A stretch of DNA of 63,694 nucleotides, counting the filler, from Octopus bimaculoides (Eukaryota): the NCBI RefSeq assembly GCF_001194135.2. It is 5 parts of 5 records of this genome, joined end to end, with 100 filler letters (N's around TTAATTAATTAA, not from the genome) between each part and the next. Parts side by side here need not be neighbours in the genome. Positions count along the whole stretch, not along the records: positions 30,253 to 53,169 come from NC_068981.1; positions 53,270 to 61,666 come from NC_068983.1; positions 61,767 to 63,694 come from NW_026418595.1; 2 more parts are not named here. The stretch is one strand, 5' to 3'. Made by a program: the position numbers and the translations under genes. Below are positions 50,023-62,779 of this stretch, one piece after another. The notes beneath the pieces are model-generated. The model was not told where the DNA came from. It saw nothing but the letters and a program-made list of their open reading frames with translations, and did no database searches. Each line of letters starts with the position of its first letter. Position 1 is the first letter of the stretch.

Positions 50023-50382
50023 CTACATGTGTGTATGTGGGGAGTAGACATGTGCGGAAAGATGTTGTCTGAGGACCTATGTTGTATAGGAAGTCAACTG
50101 CGGCAAATATGGTGCATCCTACATAGTAAGCTCAGAAAAATTACATATGCGCATAAAAGAACACATGCAGACAGACACTACAAAAACGTTAGACCAGAGA
50201 ATTAACAGTGCACATCAGGGCAACACAGTGTAACAGGGGCAACCTTAGTATCTCCGAAGTCATATTAATGCACCAACGGAAACCGACTATCAGCAGCAGA
50301 AGAGAGTTACATGAAGGTAGCTGGTTGCTCTAACAACAACCTACTGCGCATGTCTACTCTGCACATACTCACACACATGTAG
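50023..50382. mobile_element. MITE-like element with ~35-39-bp imperfect TIRs
   Basis: CTACATGTGTGTATGTGGGGAGTAGACATGTGCGG (50023-50057) vs reverse complement of 50344-50382. Confidence 0.6.
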
Positions 50383-50578
50383 ATCTACAACATTCTCTAA
50401 TTCCTCATTAATTCATAGGACTCTTATCTTGTGATTTACCTTCTTTTATTTCGCATTGCCGTGGCCTAACCCACGAATTCTATATAATATATATACATAT
50501 GTGTGTGCATGTATGTACGTGATGATATTTATGGTTATATATATATGTGTGTGTGTGTGTGAGTGTTTGTGTGTGTGC

Positions 50579-50612
<34 letters not shown>

Positions 50613-50613
50613 A

Positions 50614-50935
50614 GACGCATGTGGCTTAATGGTTAGGGTATTCGACTCACGATTGTAAGGTCGTGAGTTTAATTCCCGCCGACGCGTTGTGTCCTTGAGC
50701 AATACACTTTATTTTATGTTGCTCCAGTCCACTCAGCTGGCAAAAATGAATTGGACTTCTATTTCAATGGGGCAGTCTTGTCACACTCTGTGTCACTCTG
50801 AATCTCTGTGAGAACTACGTTAGGGGCAGACGTGTCTGTGGATTACCCAGCCACTTGCACGTTAATTTTACGATCAAGCTATTCCGTTCATCGTATCATC
50901 TGAGCCGTTCATCGTCGTAACCGACGGAGTGCTCC
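50614..50935 (+). mobile_element. SINE family 3, full-length tRNA-derived copy
   Basis: A box TGGCTTAATGG, B box GTTTAATTCC, body GTGTCCTTGAGCAATACACTT..CACTTGCACGTTAA. Confidence 0.85.
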
Positions 50936-52454
50936 ATTATATGTATATATATATATATTAATGCCTCCACATATATGTAATACTTGGTTACAAAAGTACA
51001 AATATACGTATATGTAATTTCAGAGGCGTTCAGATAGATTTACGTTTTAGATTTACATCTAAGTGTAGTTATAAATAAATTCATTGTAGGTTCAATTGTA
51101 TCGACCTCTCTCTATTTATAGGCATTTTGAATTATCTCGAAACCGCAAGACAGAAGAGCAAACCGAAGCAACAGATACTTAATAAGTTTTTTCTCTCTCA
51201 TAAAGCTTCCTCTTGAGTAAACGTATAGCAAAAATACAATTCTTCATCTTGTTTTGCATCATAATATCATTACTAGTTTTAGGTAAGGTACACGATTTTC
51301 AAAACGTTTCCTTGATCACACAACTTCTATAGTGCTATCTTATTTTCAAAACTACTTTAAAATAATCTCGGAGAAATGCAAGATAAGAAAATGCCTTCCA
51401 GCCACGTTTTCTTATTTTTCCTCTTTAGTTTTGTCTTTTAGAATGGCTATACTGTAATTTACTTTATTTCAATAGCTAAAGTGCATTGTCGTATGCTTGC
51501 ATAAACACTCACACAGCTATTTTTTGTTAATTTAATTTTAAATAATATTTACAATTACATTTCCCCTCATTTGTTCAATAATAATATAACGAAAAGACGT
51601 ACACACTATACAACCGCAGATTAAATAGCTTGTGGCATTTTATTGCATGCTTTTGTTTCTATGTTCAAATTTTGTCATGGTGGATTTTATATTTTCACAT
51701 TTCCTGAACATTTAAACACTCCAGTCAAGTATTGAGATCAATGTAGTTTTATTATGTTTCTAAATATAATCAACCCTCACACACCGATTTTGTTTATTCA
51801 AACTCCAAGAGATATCAACCGAAATCCGATTGTTTAAAAAGGAAAATGTGTCTTCCTGGCCACACTCGAGCACATGATAGTTTCGAATGGAAAGCATCTG
51901 ATCCTATGTGTTCTCAACTGGGGAAGGCTTTCAAATAAGCAACATTGAGCATTGTGATAGAGTTTCATTCTCATGTGAAATACATTTAGACAACTAAAAA
52001 TTATGATGATTTGGGATTATGCATAAATGTGAAAAACATTCCTTTGGGATTTCTTTTCTATACACGATGTTGAGTCGTGTGCAACGTACTTCATAAATTG
52101 GAACAGTGGAGTCCTTAATTCCTTCGCTTCTTCATGAAGGTATTTTCGGTTTAAAATTAAATATTTATTTAAGGGAAGACAAATTTTCTGTTATACAAAT
52201 GGATATGAACACATAGTTTGTAAAATGATGTTTCGTAACGCTGTGAGCTCAGGTTAAACCAGTAACATTGCTCAGATGTACCATTGATCGTGGAAAGCTA
52301 ATTATCAATAATATTGTAAAGCTGAACGAATCATATTACTTACTATAGCAGTATTCAATGTCGTCCATACAAAAAAATATTTTTTTGACTTCAAGTTATG
52401 TTTACTTTTCATTTATTTATTTTATGTTTACTTATTTATTTATTCAGTATTCTT

Positions 52455-52497
52455 ATAATTATAATTATAATTATTATTATTATTATTATTATTATTA

Positions 52498-52546
<49 letters not shown>

Positions 52547-52565
52547 TATTATTATTATTATTATT
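52455..52565. repeat. (ATT)n microsatellite
   Basis: Read directly. Confidence 0.97.
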
Positions 52566-52976
52566 TAGAACGTAAGTTGTACTAACTAAATTCATTTCTC
52601 CTAAACAGCTATTTGTGTTGTATTAATCTCATTATTCATTACCAGCGGGTAAAATCACACTCACCGTCGAGTAACGGAATTCATATTTAGGTGCAGTATC
52701 GATTATTTCCCTCCGAACAAAAGTTAATGAATAGCAGAGCTGTGAAGCCTTAAATAAAGGAGCATCAATTCTAATCGCAAAAATAATTATTCACGCATTT
52801 TATTCAATACTCTAAAACTTATTTGATTCGTCTGTGAAGCAGAGAACCAAAATGGGCAGAAAATATAACTGCATTTGTTAGACCGAAGTCTGCATTGTCG
52901 TTACAAGGCACATTTTATCACACGGAAGCCTACGAGGAGCAGGTTCGCAGAGATATGTGAATACATACATACACAC

Positions 52977-53014
<38 letters not shown>

Positions 53015-53169
53015 ACACACACACACACATTTGTCTTGTTTTCCATTCGTTCTTCTCGTTATTTGCATACCCAATTTAACTTTAGCATGTCATGTTTGTT
53101 TACGTTTTGTGAAGTTCTGTACCCATATATGCATAACTGTGTACGTATGTACGTTCATATACGTGTTTA

Positions 53170-53269
53170 NNNNNNNNNNNNNNNNNNNNNNNNNNNNNNN
53201 NNNNNNNNNNNNNTTAATTAATTAANNNNNNNNNNNNNNNNNNNNNNNNNNNNNNNNNNNNNNNNNNNN
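53170..53269. other. Artificial 100-bp scaffold join
   Basis: 44 N + TTAATTAATTAA + 44 N. Confidence 0.97.
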
Positions 53270-53411
53270 AATGTTTATATACCAAAAAGATTTTATAAAA
53301 TTTTTCTAACATTTTTCTAACATTTTTCTGACATAATTTAAATATATACTTTAACCATGTAACACAAGCCTTCTGTAGTTTTTTCACTCTTATTATCTTT
53401 TATATATATAT

Positions 53412-53789
53412 CTTTTTCCTTTTATTTGTTTCAGCCATTTGACTGCGGCCATGCTGGAGCAGCGCCTCTAGTCGAGCAAATGAACCCCAGGACTTATTCT
53501 TTGTAAGCCTAATACTTATTCTATCGGTCTTTTTTGCCGAACCGCTAAGTTACGGGAACGTAAACACACCAGCATCGGTTGTCAAGCGATGGTGGGGGGA
53601 CAAACAAAGACACACAAACATGCATGCATACATATATACGACGGGCTTCTTTCAGTTTCCGTCTATCAAATCCACTCACAAGGCATTGGTTGATCCGTGG
53701 CTATAGTAGAAGACACTTGCCCAAGGGACTGAACCCGGAACGATGTGGTTGGCAAACAAGCTACTTACCACATAGCCACGCCTGCGCCT
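53412..53789 (-). mobile_element. SINE family 1, full-length copy
   Basis: Reverse complement of 6651-7050 with a small deletion in the head. Confidence 0.92.
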
Positions 53790-53828
<39 letters not shown>

Positions 53829-54878
53829 TCACACATAGATACACATATATATATGAACTTGAGTGTATACGTATATGTAAGTGTATGTGCATGTGTGTAT
53901 AAATACGTACACACACTCACACTCACACACACATATACGCATATGTGGGGGTTTAGTTCACAAGTGGTCTAAATGATTAGGTACTCTAGGTAAGTGCTGT
54001 AACAGATCGTTGTTCTTTTTAATAATTATATATATGCATATACGTATATACGTATACTTATGTATGTACATATATGCACACACATATATATACATACACA
54101 CACGTACATATGCGTAAGTGTGTGTGTATGTGTGCATGTGTGTGTGTGTGTGTGTGTGTTAAAAGTTGACAGTCTTCTTAGCGGCCCACCCGCTGTTGTT
54201 CACGAGGTAGAAAGACGGGTTTCGTCATATTCTTAAGTTAGGTGGGCGTTATTTACAATTTGGTGAATGGGTTGTTAAATGTTAAATATCATTCTCGTTT
54301 CAGATTTAAAACAGTGGCGTAATGTGTTTGTGGGTGTGGGCAAAACTCGGAGTAGACTGTGAACGTTTCATATCTTGAATAGATCTGTCTACTCCATTCA
54401 ATGTATTGCGTTGTATATCAGATAATGCTTGCACGTTGTAAAATGTATTTTTTATATACTCTACAACTCTTTATAATATAACGTAACATAATATAATATA
54501 ATATAATAAATATAATATATATATGTATGCTAATACAAGACCCACATTAGACTCCTCGCTCGTATCACTATCGAACCAAGAGTTTAACCACGGTCTGTCC
54601 TTAGCACTTACTTAGCGTTACCGACCACTCTTTGGGTCTTCTAGATACCAATACCTCTCATAATAATATATATCATAAAGAAATAAGGATTTGGAATTTG
54701 ATCAGGTACTTTACGAGTACTCTGATATAATCCAGATCTATCTAACCAAATCGAATGACAGAATTGTTTTAAGATAAGCAATTAAACAGTACTTCATGTA
54801 ACTTCGCTTCATGTGAATTTCATACAGAATATAGAGTATATAACCAAGACATCATAAAGAGGAATGGAGAATTATACA

Positions 54879-55176
54879 GCCTCAGGCGTGGCTGTACGGT
54901 AAGAAGCTTGCTTTCCAACCACATGGTTCCGGGTTCAGTCCCATTGCGCGGCACCTTGAGCAAATGTCTTCTACAGTAGCCTCGAGCCGACCAAAGCCTT
55001 GTGAGTGAATTTCGTAGACGGAAACTATAGAAGACATTTGCCCAAGATGCCACGCAGTGGGACTGAACCCGGAACCATGTGGTTGGTAAGCAAGCTACTT
55101 ACCACACAGCTACTCCTATGCTTGTATTGGTCCCACCCCTATCGCTTGACAATCAACGTTGGTGTGTTTACGTCCC
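54879..55176. mobile_element. SINE family 1 composite: plus-strand copy with an inverted head of the same family inside it
   Basis: Plus head/body 54879-55026, minus head 55027-55121, plus body resumes ~55128. Confidence 0.85.
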
Positions 55177-55499
55177 CTGTTTTATCTACCCCGCGTTTCG
55201 AACGTAGGGACAAGACGCGACTTCGTTAAAACAGTCGTTCCCGCAAAGCAAATTAAAAAAAAAATTGGGATTTGCGAAGGGTTAAAGTGGTGACAAAAAC
55301 AGGGCAGTAACAACAAAACAACTGATGAAGGGATTGTTCTTTATGTTGCCTGTCTCGTTTCTCTATTTGTTTCTTTCGTTGTTCGAAAAAAAAGTTCGTG
55401 TTCCATGTTTTTGTTTTTTATGTTTTCGTTTCTCATTTTGTTCACGTTTTTTTGACGTCCTGTACCCATATATGCATGTATATATACATATGTAGGTAT
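55172..55499 (+). mobile_element. Unclassified dispersed repeat family 5, second copy with an inverted segment
   Basis: 55318-55499 matches 19504-19672; 55172-55202 is the reverse complement of 19476-19505. Confidence 0.7.
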
Positions 55500-56655
55500 G
55501 NNNNNNNNNNNNNNNNNNNNNNNNNNNNNNNNNNNNNNNNNNNNNNNNNNNNNNNNNNNNNNNNNNNNNNNNNNNNNNNNNNNNNNNNNNNNNNNNNNNN
55601 NNNNNNNNNNNNNNNNNNNNNNNNNNNNNNNNNNNNNNNNNNNNNNNNNNNNNNNNNNNNNNNNNNNNNNNNNNNNNNNNNNNNNNNNNNNNNNNNNNNN
55701 NNNNNNNNNNNNNNNNNNNNNNNNNNNNNNNNNNNNNNNNNNNNNNNNNNNNNNNNNNNNNNNNNNNNNNNNNNNNNNNNNNNNNNNNNNNNNNNNNNNN
55801 NNNNNNNNNNNNNNNNNNNNNAGAGAGAGAGAGAGAGAGAGAGAAAGAAAGAAAGAAAGAAAAAAGGAAGGAAGAAGGATAGATAGATAGATAGATCTAT
55901 TTCTCTGACTTTGCTCCCCACTACACCCCCACAAAAGACACACGTCTATGTGTACATATGGCACAGGCAAATTTAGAAATTCTCGCTCGACGTCTGCAGT
56001 ACTCTAAACCCAATGATAACGAAACAATCCATAATTGTCGCTAAGAGAAGATTCTTTTTTTGTCTTGACACAGATCTCTTGTTTCGGTTCGTCTCTCGAC
56101 TCCTCTCCGATAACGGCAATCGATGTGCTGTGGTGCAAGCTGTTCTCCATTTAAATTTCACACAACCATAACTTTCACTATAATTTCTCATTGGCGCTAG
56201 TGATCACATTCGTCGATATTCGTTCAAGGAATCTTATCTATTACACACACAGACAGACTGACACATACACAGAAGCACTCACATTTTACATATAAACACA
56301 CACATACACATTATGATGGACTTTCCCGTCGAAGACGACGTATGAACGTTCAGCCTTTTGCCGAACGATCTCTACAAACGATTCGTTTATAGTGATCAAA
56401 TGTCCGTGCCGCACATTAGCCCCTTCTCTCCATCAAATCGACGCCGGCTGAATAGGTGCTCTGTGTGCCACGTGTCAGGGGTCGAAGATGATTTTCTAAT
56501 TCATAATCTTAAATTTTTACCATTGATAAACAAAAAAAAATTTGTTGAAACTAGTTTCGTATATATGTAAATAAATTCAATTTAAACGATTACAAGTTTT
56601 CCAAATTTAGGTGCATTTTCAACAACAAATTTGCCTATATATATATATATATATG

Positions 56656-57172
56656 CAGTGGTCTACGGTAAGTTTTTAGCCATCCTGAATTTTGGAGATT
56701 TCACAATTTGTAATGTTTCTTGCATTTCATATTAAATTTTCTCTCGTCTTGAGCAGATACATAAATTTTTCAAATGCTATTTCACAACGAAAATGAAATA
56801 AAGTGCAGAAATTAACGAGTTCAAACGAGGGCAAAACATAGGATGGCATCAGTGCGGAACGTCGAACAGAGAAATAGCAAAGTATTTTAAGGTAAATCAT
56901 CAGACTTAATAATATTGACAAAAGGTTTCAAGAAGAAGGACATTGTCGTGTGAAACCTCGTTCTGGAAGGGCGAATATCTTTTCGGATAGAGAAAAGCGA
57001 GCACTGAAGACGGAAATCATCAAAAAACCGCCATCTTAGAATCAGAGAGGTTGCAAACAACATGGAAATGTCGCCATAGTCTATAAGAAAAAAACTAGGA
57101 TATGAAAGAAGAATTGCAAGAAAGAAACCGTTCATTTCGAACATCAACAAAGAAAAGGTAGAAAGCACAAGG
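56656..57172 (+). mobile_element. Tc1-like transposon, 5' remnant (TIR + paired-like DNA-binding domain)
   Basis: CAGTGG start after a TA tract; EINEFKRGQNIG..GTSNREIAK..KRFQEEG..KPRSGR..RRIARKKPFIS with frameshifts. Confidence 0.87.
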
Positions 57173-57428
57173 ATATATATATATATATANNNNNNNNNNA
57201 TATATGATGACGATGAAGATTAGTAAACCAAAACGTTGAAGTCTTAATATTTTCCTTGTAATATTAATAGAAACGTACTCCACTAAAAAATAATGATCAT
57301 TCCAGTTAACATTAAATTGTTTTTAAAACGTTACATAAAAACATCTACAATTACGCACACGCACGCACACACACACACACACACACATACACACCCATGA
57401 ACATATATGTGTGTTTGTGTTGCGTTAA

Positions 57429-57476
<48 letters not shown>

Positions 57477-57809
57477 TGGAAAATATTTTGTGCATAAAAA
57501 TATCTGAAGACAACATTAAAGAAAATTATTAAATCAAAACCCGTTTCACTGAGAAATATGTGGAAATTTTTTTACTTTAAGAACTAAAGACTTGTTATCC
57601 ATAAATCTGGTCTCATTGGAGAAAACAAACAAACAAACAAACTAATCATTGTAAGATATGTTGACATTCCTTTATCTCTAACATCTTTTTACGAGCGTCC
57701 AATGTACAGCAGACGACTCGCTGCAGAAATATCGACATTTAAACGCCTACTGGCGAACGGATATACACCAACACACATGCACGCCGCGCACACAGATATA
57801 TAAGTGCAA

Positions 57810-57861
<52 letters not shown>

Positions 57862-58439
57862 AATGCTATATAAACCTTCAGTGAGACTTACTAAATAATA
57901 TTATACATGGCTTCGTAAGTGTTCGTTTGATGTCTTTTCTAACCAATCTGGAAAATACAAAACAACAAAAGGATACATGGTGCATGAAGTCGTCTAGTTA
58001 CACCATACAGTGTATCTCATAATATCGACCCGAATGATTTCCATGAAGTCACTAAAAGACATGTTCAAGCTTCTCGCTCATAGGAACGCTCGCTGCCTCC
58101 TCATTCTATTTTTCCCACCGCTACTATAGTGGCCTTTGCTCTTCCGAGCTGGCTGGGTTCGTGCCACCTCACTTCAGCCATACTTGACTCGTTCGTCTAT
58201 CTTTCTCGCATCATTCTTGCTGTGTCCCCTTCTATCGACGGCCTGCAGTGACCCCTACACCAAGTCCTTTTTCTTCTTCTTAGGAAATCATTCCTCTGGA
58301 ATTTCATCGTTGTTCATGACTTCCCTGCGGATATGGGAGGAGGGGGGACTCAAGAATTTAACCCCAGACTCACCAAAACTCCTGGAGCTCAATACTGAAG
58401 TCTTACAAACAGATGCAATCTAATATGTTGCCCGGAACG

Positions 58440-58652
58440 ATGCAGCGAGCTGGCAGAATCGTTAGCGCGCCGGACGAAATGCTTAACTGTATTTCGTCCG
58501 TCTTTACGTTCTGAGTTCAAATTCCGCCGAGGTCGACTTTGCCTTTCATCCTTTCGGGGAGGTCGATAAATTAAGTACCAGTGAACCACTGGGGTCAATT
58601 ACATCGACTGCTCCCCTCCTCACAAATTTGAGGCCTTGTGCCTCCAGTAGAA
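58440..58652 (+). mobile_element. SINE family 2 copy
   Basis: GCGAGCTGGCAGAATCGTTAGC..GACTTTGCCTTTCATCCTTTCGGG. Confidence 0.9.
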
Positions 58653-58972
58653 AAGAGTTTTTGGCTGGAACATCCAAAGAGAGAGAGAGGGAGAGAGAGA
58701 GAGAAAAGGAAGAACGAGTCTGAAAAAAAAAAACAAAAAAAAAACGACAAAGCCTGGATAACGGCTGGGACGCTTTCGTCCGTCGAATCNNNNNNNNNNA
58801 AAAAAAAAACGACAAAGCCTGGATAACGGCTGGGACGCTTTCGTCCGTCGAATCGATCTTATTGATCGGAAGTGGACTGGGAGGCAACGCCTCCAGCCAA
58901 CAGCAGCAACTACTACTGCTACGGCTGCTGCTACCGTTACCGCTACTGTTTGTACTACTACTGCTGCTGCTG

Positions 58973-59007
<35 letters not shown>

Positions 59008-59123
59008 GCTACGCTACAGGCGATAATGAATCCTACAGCTTTTTAAAATTTAATGGCTTTTGATGAGGAAGGGACTGTAGTCGTGGTGTTTGCAGACTTA
59101 CTGAGACTAGAGGATTTTGTGTC

Positions 59124-59722
59124 ATACACACACACACACACATGCATGCATACATACATACACACACATATACATGCGTGCATACGCATACATACATGCA
59201 TGCGTACATACATATATACATACATACGTACATACATACATACNNNNNNNNNNNNNNNNNNNNNNNNNNNNNNNNNNNNNNNNNNNNNNNNNNNNNNNNN
59301 NNNNNNNNNNNNNNNNNNNNNNNNNNNNNNNNNNNNNNNNNNNNNNNNNNNNNNNNNNNNNNNNNNNNNNNNNNNNNNNNNNNNNNNNNNNNNNNNNNNN
59401 NNNNCATACATACATGCGTACACACATATACGTACATACATACATACACACACACATGTATATATATGTACGTGCATCGACATACGTCAACACATACATG
59501 TGTACATACATATATACATACATACGTACACACACATACGAACGTACGTACATACATACAAATACATACATACACATATACATACACACACACATACATA
59601 CATACATGCGTACATACATATATACATACATACGTACACACATACGTAGTGCATACATACACACGCATACATACACACATATACACATATATACATACAC
59701 ACACATACATACGCACATACAT
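59124..59722. repeat. Degenerate (TACA)/(CA)/(TA) microsatellite with a gap
   Basis: Read directly. Confidence 0.95.
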
Positions 59723-59984
59723 ATTAGCAGCTTAGTAATTGAGTCACAAATCGATATTTTATTGTGCCTATTACCGCTTGTATTTGTTAATAGAAGGGCT
59801 TTAGTCAATCATTAAATGTCGTTTATTTCAACATCCTCGCGAAGAAGTGCTTCCTTGTCTTACTTATCTCCATTCGTGCATTTGTGACTATCTGACAATC
59901 TCCATTCTAAACTCTTTCCTCTAATCGATCTCTTGGGACCAGCTGTTGGCACAGTCTTAGCAAACTGCAAATCAGGGATCCTCT

Positions 59985-60145
59985 CCGTAGTCGTTCGACA
60001 TCACAGAAATAGAAGCTAAATCTTCCTTGCTACTTTAAAAAATCAAAAGAAAAGCAAAAACGAACGACCTAGAAACAATACACTTGAGTAGAATAAGGTT
60101 GGATAGTCGTGGCTGGAATAACTTTGACCATAGGTCTAAACAAAA
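59985..60145 (+). mobile_element. Unclassified dispersed repeat family 4, degenerate copy
   Basis: AGAAATAGAAGCTAAATCTTCC..GTGGCTGGAAT..TTTGACCATAGGTCT. Confidence 0.5.
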
Positions 60146-60339
60146 TACTTATACATAGCAACCAAACCTCTCATGAATCCCACCCTATCGACTTGAAAAT
60201 GGAAAAAATATCAAAGAGACAAGATGGTTCGTTGTTAGAAATCATTTTGAGAAAGATAAAACGTGAGAAACGTCACAGCGTCAAACAGAATCTTTTATGT
60301 TTCACTTTTTAATTTCACTGACGTCAGCTTCACGTTGAC

Positions 60340-60417
60340 TTCACTAGAGTCTTTCACTAGAGTCTTTCACTAGAGTCTTTCACTAGAGTCTTTCACTAGA
60401 GTCTTTCGCTAGAGTCT
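60340..60417. repeat. 13-bp minisatellite TTC(A/G)CTAGAGTCT x6
   Basis: Counted directly: five units with A, last with G. Confidence 0.95.
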
Positions 60418-60477
60418 TTCGCTTGCTAGTTTGGTGTCAGAAGTTATTATTATTATTGTTGTTGTTGTTGTTATATA

Positions 60478-60688
60478 AAAGCGGCAAGCTGGCAGAATCG
60501 TTAGCACGCAGGGCGAAGTGCTTCGAGGCATCTCGTCCGTCCTTTCGTTCTGAGTTCGAATTCCGCAGAGGTCGACTTTGCCTTTAATCCTTTCGAGGTT
60601 GATGAAATACGCACCAGTGAAACACTGGGGTCGATATAATCGACTAGCCCCTCCCGCCAAAGTTTCTGGTCTATGCCTATAGTGGAGA
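60478..60688 (+). mobile_element. SINE family 2 copy
   Basis: GGCAAGCTGGCAGAATCGTTAGCACG..GTCGACTTTGCCTTTAATCC. Confidence 0.9.
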
Positions 60689-60691
60689 GTA

Positions 60692-60885
60692 TTATTACCT
60701 CCGCCTTAGCGAAGGCGGAGATATTGTTTTCAGTCGTGTTTGTTTGTTTGTCCGTGGACAAGATATCTTAAGAACCGCTGGATGAATTCGGATGAAACTT
60801 TCAGAGATGTTTGGCCCCATGGTTGGCACGAACTAATTAAATTTTGGGATCGATCCAGTACCGGACAAGGATTCAGGATTATTTG
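60692..60885 (+). mobile_element. Helentron/HINE-like element, 5' part
   Basis: TTATTACCTCCGCC-TTAGCGAA-GGCGGAG hairpin; body matches 9230-9390. Confidence 0.72.
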
Positions 60886-61306
60886 TTATATTTACTTTAC
60901 TTTACATGATTACAATCTTACGTTGACTTTCAAGTCTTTCTCAATTATCTCCCTTTATGCTGTTTCCTAAGTTTTCTTTTCGTTTCTCTATTATTAATTT
61001 TACTCGCGTCTTATTCTTAGTAGAATCTGATGGATAAAGAGATCAAAGTACATAAACAAACGACAGCAAAACCGTTCAGAAATTAAATAACATTAATATA
61101 TTTTTATAATATATATATATTATATATTATACATACATATTAATACTTTACAGTACACTTACATATATACATACATCTATGCATCGATCTAAAGCAACAG
61201 GAATGCTAAAGGAAGGCCGGAATTTAAGAGAAGAGAAAACCCGTCCTGTCTTTGTCCTTACATGTATTTAATTTATGTTAGCCCTTGTGGCCAATAAAAC
61301 TAGAAA

Positions 61307-61307
61307 C

Positions 61308-61377
<70 letters not shown>

Positions 61378-61378
61378 G
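61307..61378. repeat. (ATT)n microsatellite (3' flank of the Dong-like copy)
   Basis: Read directly. Confidence 0.97.
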
Positions 61379-61666
61379 TTCAGTAGTTTTATTTTTATAA
61401 CGTGCTTTCACTTCACTACCGAGCGCAGCTCTGTGCGCCTTGGGTACGTGCTGTGGTTTGCTGTGGTGCTCTTATGTTTACTGTATTGAAAGTGTTTTGC
61501 GTAGAATGTGTGCAGTACCCAGTAGTGCAATTTTCTGTATGTTATATATATTTGTAAGTCCTGGTGTTTTTGTTATGTATTTGTCTGAATATTTTTTTAT
61601 TATACCTAAGGCACCTACTATGATAGGAATTGTTTCTGTTTTTAGATTCCACATTCGAGTTATCTC
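61379..61666 (-). mobile_element. R4/Dong-like LINE 3' end with uninterrupted reading frame, cut by a scaffold gap
   Basis: 61478-61666 translates without stops: EITRMWNLKTETIPIIVGALGIIKKYSDKYITKTPGLTNIYNIQKIALLGTAHILRKTLSIQ*; 3' UTR then (AAT)n. Confidence 0.92.
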
Positions 61667-61766
61667 NNNNNNNNNNNNNNNNNNNNNNNNNNNNNNNNNN
61701 NNNNNNNNNNTTAATTAATTAANNNNNNNNNNNNNNNNNNNNNNNNNNNNNNNNNNNNNNNNNNNN
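61667..61766. other. Artificial 100-bp scaffold join
   Basis: 44 N + TTAATTAATTAA + 44 N. Confidence 0.97.
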
Positions 61767-61869
61767 CATTGCACCCCCTCCTCTCTCTTGGGTGTCCTAA
61801 GAAAATAGTCTGCTGTTTTACTTCCTTCACACAGAGCCTCTTGGGGGCGATTCATTGTGTTCTACTTAA

Positions 61870-62085
61870 CCCCCACCACCACCACAACCACCACAACCAT
61901 CACATTCACCATCATCATCATCATCACTGTCACCAGCATTACTGCTATCATCGTCATGACCACCACCACTACTACTACCACCATCATTGTCATCATCATC
62001 ATCATCACCACTACTACCACTATCATCACCATCATCATCATAATTGTTGCTATCTTTGCCATCATCATCATCATCATCATCATCA
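61870..62085. repeat. (CAT)/(CAC)/(ACT) trinucleotide tract
   Basis: Read directly. Confidence 0.93.
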
Positions 62086-62109
62086 AAAATTGGTGAGTAA
62101 CTTTTATGT

Positions 62110-62310
62110 GGTACCTTACTTTACAAGAAATAGCAACTAAATCTCCCTGAAATCACTGCTTAGCTGTCTTAAAGTTGGAAAGACCCATTAAATTATATAT
62201 TCCAAGATACACTAGGGCTGAATTAAAACCAAAAAAATCAAGATAATCATAGTTGTAACACCCACCATCATAGGTCTACTGGATCAGTATTGCCCTAGGG
62301 TTAAACAACA
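62110..62310 (+). mobile_element. Unclassified dispersed repeat family 4
   Basis: AGAAATAGCAACTAAATCTCCC..AGATACACTA..CATAGGTCT..CCCTAGGGTTAAACAAC. Confidence 0.55.
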
Positions 62311-62745
62311 TGGCAGACCCTCTTATCATGCTCAAGGTCACAGTCAACACACAAAAACAAGGAACTACATTCACACAACATTGCAGGCCCCTCCCTGGAT
62401 TGGCTGTATCTCTAAGTAATCCCTTAAGTATTCAGGGACAGTTCTGCAGCCCTTCCCCTTAACAATGATTGCCCTATACACCGGATCACCACACCACCAC
62501 CACCACACCACCACCACCACAAGAATCTCCTGGGATATTCAAATGCTTTCATCATATAAAATATAAGAGAGTAGGGTGTGATTTGAGGAAGATTTGGCTT
62601 CTATTTCTAACAGGTGTAGCCACCATGCAGAGGTCTCCATCATTGGCTCGTACATACATACATACATATATATACACATATATACACATAGATTTAAGTA
62701 TGTACATATACGTATGTATGTATGTATACATTATTTATATTATAT

Positions 62746-62778
<33 letters not shown>

Positions 62779-62779
<1 letters not shown>

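Noticed and set aside
60340-60417. Regular 13-bp repeat as a CRISPR-like array
   Set aside because: No spacers, eukaryotic context, no cas genes; it is a simple minisatellite
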